A DNA stretch of 64,000 nt, taken from positions 185 to 64,184 of the forward strand of contig CAJXAF010000002.1 in NCBI GenBank assembly GCA_913050175.1, given 5' to 3'. Position numbers and translations under genes: made by a program. The notes under the pieces are model-generated. The model made no database searches, was not told where the DNA came from, and saw nothing but the letters and a program-made list of their open reading frames with translations. Positions 61,120 to 64,000 of the stretch are shown piece by piece (the stretch's first letter is position 1; every line of letters starts with the position of its first letter). Source of the DNA: an uncultured bacterium. GTDB taxonomy: Bacteria > Omnitrophota > Gorgyraeia > Duberdicusellales > 4484-171.

Positions 61120-62029
61120 GTAAGAACCCTTGGCATATACCTTTTTCTTTAAACTTTATCCTTAATTCTCCGATGACTTTACCCTTTTGATTTATCCATT
61201 CAGGAGCCACTAAATAATCAGGGTTAGCACTTGAGCTTAATCTAAAAACAACCATATCTTTAGGTATAAGCTGTAAAAATTGAAAAAGAATATCGACATA
61301 TTCCTGGCGACTTAAGAGTTTAATTTTATTACTTTCATATAATTTATGAAAAGGGGTATCCTTTAAAATATGAAAAGAGTGCAATTTAATACCTTGAATG
61401 TCGAGGGAAGATAAACGCCTGGCATCTAAAAGTATGTCATCGGTAGTTGTATCTGGTAAACCTAAAATCATGTGCACGCCAACATTTATATCAAATTTTC
61501 GTGTTTGCTCCAGAGTTTTAAGAAAATCTTTGCATGTATGGTTTCGATTAATAGCCGCTAAAATCTTATCATGGGTTGTTTGCAGACCGTACTCAAGCCA
61601 GACTAAGTAGTCTTTCTTATATTCTGATATTAGCTTAAGTTTATTCTCATCTATACAATCACAGCGAGTGGAAATAAACAAGCCTACTATCTGAGGAAAT
61701 TTTCTTATTACCTCATATCTTTCTTTTAAAACTTCTATATCGGCGTTAGTATTGCTAAAAGCTTGAAAGTAAGCGATGAATTTATTAGCTTTCGCGGATT
61801 TTGAGTAAAATTCTATTGATTCTCTAATTTGATCTTCTAAAGACTTAAGACTGCCGGCATAATGAGAGAAACCTTTGTTGTTACAGTAACTACAACCATC
61901 CTCACTTAGACTGCCGTCAAGATTAGGACAATTAAAACCGGCATCCAGACTAATTCTCTGTACGCGCTCGCCAAATTGCTTCCTTAAATACTGGTTAAAA
62001 GAGTAAAATTCTTCGCTCAATTCTACCAT
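61094..62029 (-). CDS. Radical SAM protein, TIGR01212 (YhcC/YtqA) family
   Basis: DAGFNCPN.DG....GC.YC, AYFQAFSNT, INRNH, H.ILGLP. Confidence 0.88.
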   Translation of the reverse strand: MVELSEEFYSFNQYLRKQFGERVQRISLDAGFNCPNLDGSLSEDGCSYCNNKGFSHYAGSLKSLEDQIRESIEFYSKSAKANKFIAYFQAFSNTNADIEVLKERYEVIRKFPQIVGLFISTRCDCIDENKLKLISEYKKDYLVWLEYGLQTTHDKILAAINRNHTCKDFLKTLEQTRKFDINVGVHMILGLPDTTTDDILLDARRLSSLDIQGIKLHSFHILKDTPFHKLYESNKIKLLSRQEYVDILFQFLQLIPKDMVVFRLSSSANPDYLVAPEWINQKGKVIGELRIKFKEKGICQGFLHENSSFKN

Positions 62030-62036
62030 CGTTTAC

Positions 62037-62561
62037 TTATGCTTTACTAAATATGCAACCACAATAATCCTGCCGGTAAAGTTTGTGTTCCTTGGCTAGG
62101 GCAATAGTCTTTTTAAAGCCGTCCTTCTTTTTAAAATCAATTGCCAAAAATGAATCACCGGCAATACTTTTTCCAATTTCAAATATCTCCTTACTCTTTT
62201 TATAAGGACTAATCGTAAGAGTAGTAGCAATATAATCAAACTTTGCGGCTTTAGCCTCTTTAAAGGTTTCTTTTAACCTAAGCTCATAGCAAAGCGCACA
62301 TCTCTTATCGCCTTCTTTCTGATTAGCATAAGGACTGCATAAATCATGCCACTGGCTCGAACCAGATTCTTTCTCAAGAAAATCAACTTTTTCTAACCTG
62401 CACACTTCTTCTGCCACTTCCTTCCTTCGCGCGTACTCATCTTGGGGATGAATATTAGGGTTGTAGAAAAATCCTTTAACACTAAAACCATCGTTTTTCA
62501 ATTTTCTTAATGAATATATACCGCAGACACCGCAGCAAATATGCAACAAAACTGTTTTCAT
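62037..62561 (-). CDS. queH: Epoxyqueuosine reductase QueH (DUF208)
   Basis: LLHICC..C, FYNPNIHP..EY..R, RC..CY..RL, YRQDYCGC.FS. Confidence 0.92.
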   Translation of the reverse strand: MKTVLLHICCGVCGIYSLRKLKNDGFSVKGFFYNPNIHPQDEYARRKEVAEEVCRLEKVDFLEKESGSSQWHDLCSPYANQKEGDKRCALCYELRLKETFKEAKAAKFDYIATTLTISPYKKSKEIFEIGKSIAGDSFLAIDFKKKDGFKKTIALAKEHKLYRQDYCGCIFSKA

Positions 62562-62569
62562 TGAATTTT

Positions 62570-62681
62570 GCCCCTCACGATAAAACCCAGGCTTTTAAGC
62601 CAAAGATAAAAGCAGTTGCAGGATTCCGCTCCCCAAGAAGAGTCGCGTAGAAAATCACAGACTTTAGCCAGCGGAGCTTCA
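62570..62681. mobile_element. Possible degenerate IS200/IS605-type miniature palindromic element
   Basis: GC-richer island with two imperfect hairpin-like ends (minus: TGAAGCTCCGCTGGCTAAAG... and CTTTTATCTTTGGCTTAAAAGCCTGGGTTTT); no transposase. Confidence 0.35.
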
Positions 62682-62693
62682 TTTTTATTTAGT

Positions 62694-63518
62694 CTAAAGG
62701 TCAAAATAATCTTTGACTGTAATGAAATCGACTTTTTCTTCTATCCGGGGAAGGTTGTTTCTTAGAAAATCAACAGTGCTTTTTTTGGGGTGGGCAATAA
62801 CAATTATCTTACCCTTGGATTGTGCTTTTAAAATGAGTTCCTCTATCCTCTCCTCCATAAAGGCCGTATCATCTAAAGAATCAAGGAAGCCTTCGTTGTA
62901 ACCACAGACCAGTCCGCTTGAATTAGCTACCTCATAAGCAACTGAATTCGCTGAAGTCTTGCTATCGACAAAAATTAAACCTTTATTCTTTACAGCTTTC
63001 ATAACAATCTCCATCAACCTTCTATCCTGAGTTGCCTCTGAGCCCATATGATTGTTAACCCCTATAGCGATACGTATATAATTGAGGTATCGTCTAAGGA
63101 TTGCTTCGACTTCTCGTTTGCTTAAATCACTACTTATAAACCTGTATTTGGCAGATTCAATCTTCGAACGGTCCTCCGGCGCCAGAGGAAGATGGATAAA
63201 AACCGAGAAACCGCACCGCGCACCAATATGGGCTATGTTTCTAGAAAACTTTAAATCAGGAATTACTGATATTGTAAGAGGAATATTAAGTTTATATAAT
63301 TGCCTTAATTCCTCTAGACTTCCCCCCAAATCATCAAAAATAATAGCAATTTGACCGCGAACCTGGGTATTTTTTATTTTAAGCGGCACTACCTCCGTTA
63401 AGTCGATGAAAGAGTTATTGTTTGTCGTTACATGGTTGTTACGGTTTACTGATTTATAGAAAAAAATCGGTGTTGCTATGAGAATTATGAAAAATGTAAC
63501 TCTTATAAATCTAGCCAT
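62694..63518 (-). CDS. Divergent polysaccharide deacetylase (YibQ/DUF610)
   Basis: AIIFDDLG, HLPL.P, GVNNHMGS, FVDS.T, IAHP; N-terminal TM. Confidence 0.88.
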   Translation of the reverse strand: MARFIRVTFFIILIATPIFFYKSVNRNNHVTTNNNSFIDLTEVVPLKIKNTQVRGQIAIIFDDLGGSLEELRQLYKLNIPLTISVIPDLKFSRNIAHIGARCGFSVFIHLPLAPEDRSKIESAKYRFISSDLSKREVEAILRRYLNYIRIAIGVNNHMGSEATQDRRLMEIVMKAVKNKGLIFVDSKTSANSVAYEVANSSGLVCGYNEGFLDSLDDTAFMEERIEELILKAQSKGKIIVIAHPKKSTVDFLRNNLPRIEEKVDFITVKDYFDL

Positions 63519-64000
63519 TTATCACTTTTAATAAATTTTCGTAGGCTTGCTGAGGATTGTCGCTTTTAAGTATTGCACTGCCCACACAAATATAGTCGGC
63601 CCCGGCTTTTCTGGCATTGGCAACATTGGTAAGCTTCATACCTCCATCAATGCCTATATTTTTTTCCGGATAAGCACCTTTAAAGTCTTTCATCTTATCT
63701 AAAACCTCAGGAATAAAGGTAGCCCCGTAGAATCCAGGGTTTACCGAGAGAAACAAAACCGTGTCTATCTGAGGCAGGAGATTTGAAAATTCACTGATTT
63801 TCGTCTCTGGATTTACGGCTATCCCGACCTTAAAACCTTTGGCTTTTATCTGAGAAATTATTTGGCTGTGATCTTTATCAATCTCATAGTGATATATTAT
63901 CCTTTCTGAACCTATTTCTTTAAAGGCATCCAACCATTCTAGGGGATCGGTTACCATAAGATGAGCCTCGCTGCGTATTGATGATTTTAAATTTTTCAAA
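63511..64000 (-). CDS. rpe: Ribulose-phosphate 3-epimerase (5' end outside window)
   Basis: HLMV..P, AVNPET, SVNPGF.G, IDGG, GAD..CVGSAI. Confidence 0.93.
   Translation of the reverse strand, partial: LKNLKSSIRSEAHLMVTDPLEWLDAFKEIGSERIIYHYEIDKDHSQIISQIKAKGFKVGIAVNPETKISEFSNLLPQIDTVLFLSVNPGFYGATFIPEVLDKMKDFKGAYPEKNIGIDGGMKLTNVANARKAGADYICVGSAILKSDNPQQAYENLLKVING

Noticed and set aside
62562-62693. preQ1 riboswitch upstream of queH
   Set aside because: No preQ1-I stem-loop with the A-rich 3' tail could be found by eye; kept only as an unexplained structured island

Overview
AT-rich bacterial core-genome window in which every supported gene lies on the minus strand. About 30 kb (7246-37515) is an uninterrupted translation/transcription supercluster: tRNA-Thr, rpmG, tRNA-Trp, secE, nusG, rplKAJL, rpoBC, rpsLG, fusA, tuf, S10, spc and alpha. 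It lacks rpmD and a second tuf. Downstream (1-7162) lie aspC, a LeuC/HacA-type and a LeuD/HacB-type subunit split by pilT, a short LpdA, a PagL-like protein, ArgA and an acyl-CoA dehydrogenase. Upstream (37700-64000) lie ligA, fmt, a PriA lacking helicase motifs, glycolipid/LPS genes, RNA-modification genes, an aberrant tRNA-Ala(CGC), a TPR-ExbB-ExbD-TonB-like/Zn-ribbon/wHTH/pilin-like cluster, uvrA, NAD/CoA/folate genes, a divergent dtd, queH and rpe. Gene content suggests a diderm of the PVC group, possibly Omnitrophota (my impression, not tested). I found no CRISPR array, prophage, integrase or intact transposase. No novel system is proven here. The best candidates are the receptor-less TPR/ExbBD/TonB-like motor next to a pilin-like gene, the PriA pseudohelicase, pilT inside the leuC/leuD pair, and the structured rpsJ-rplC spacer.
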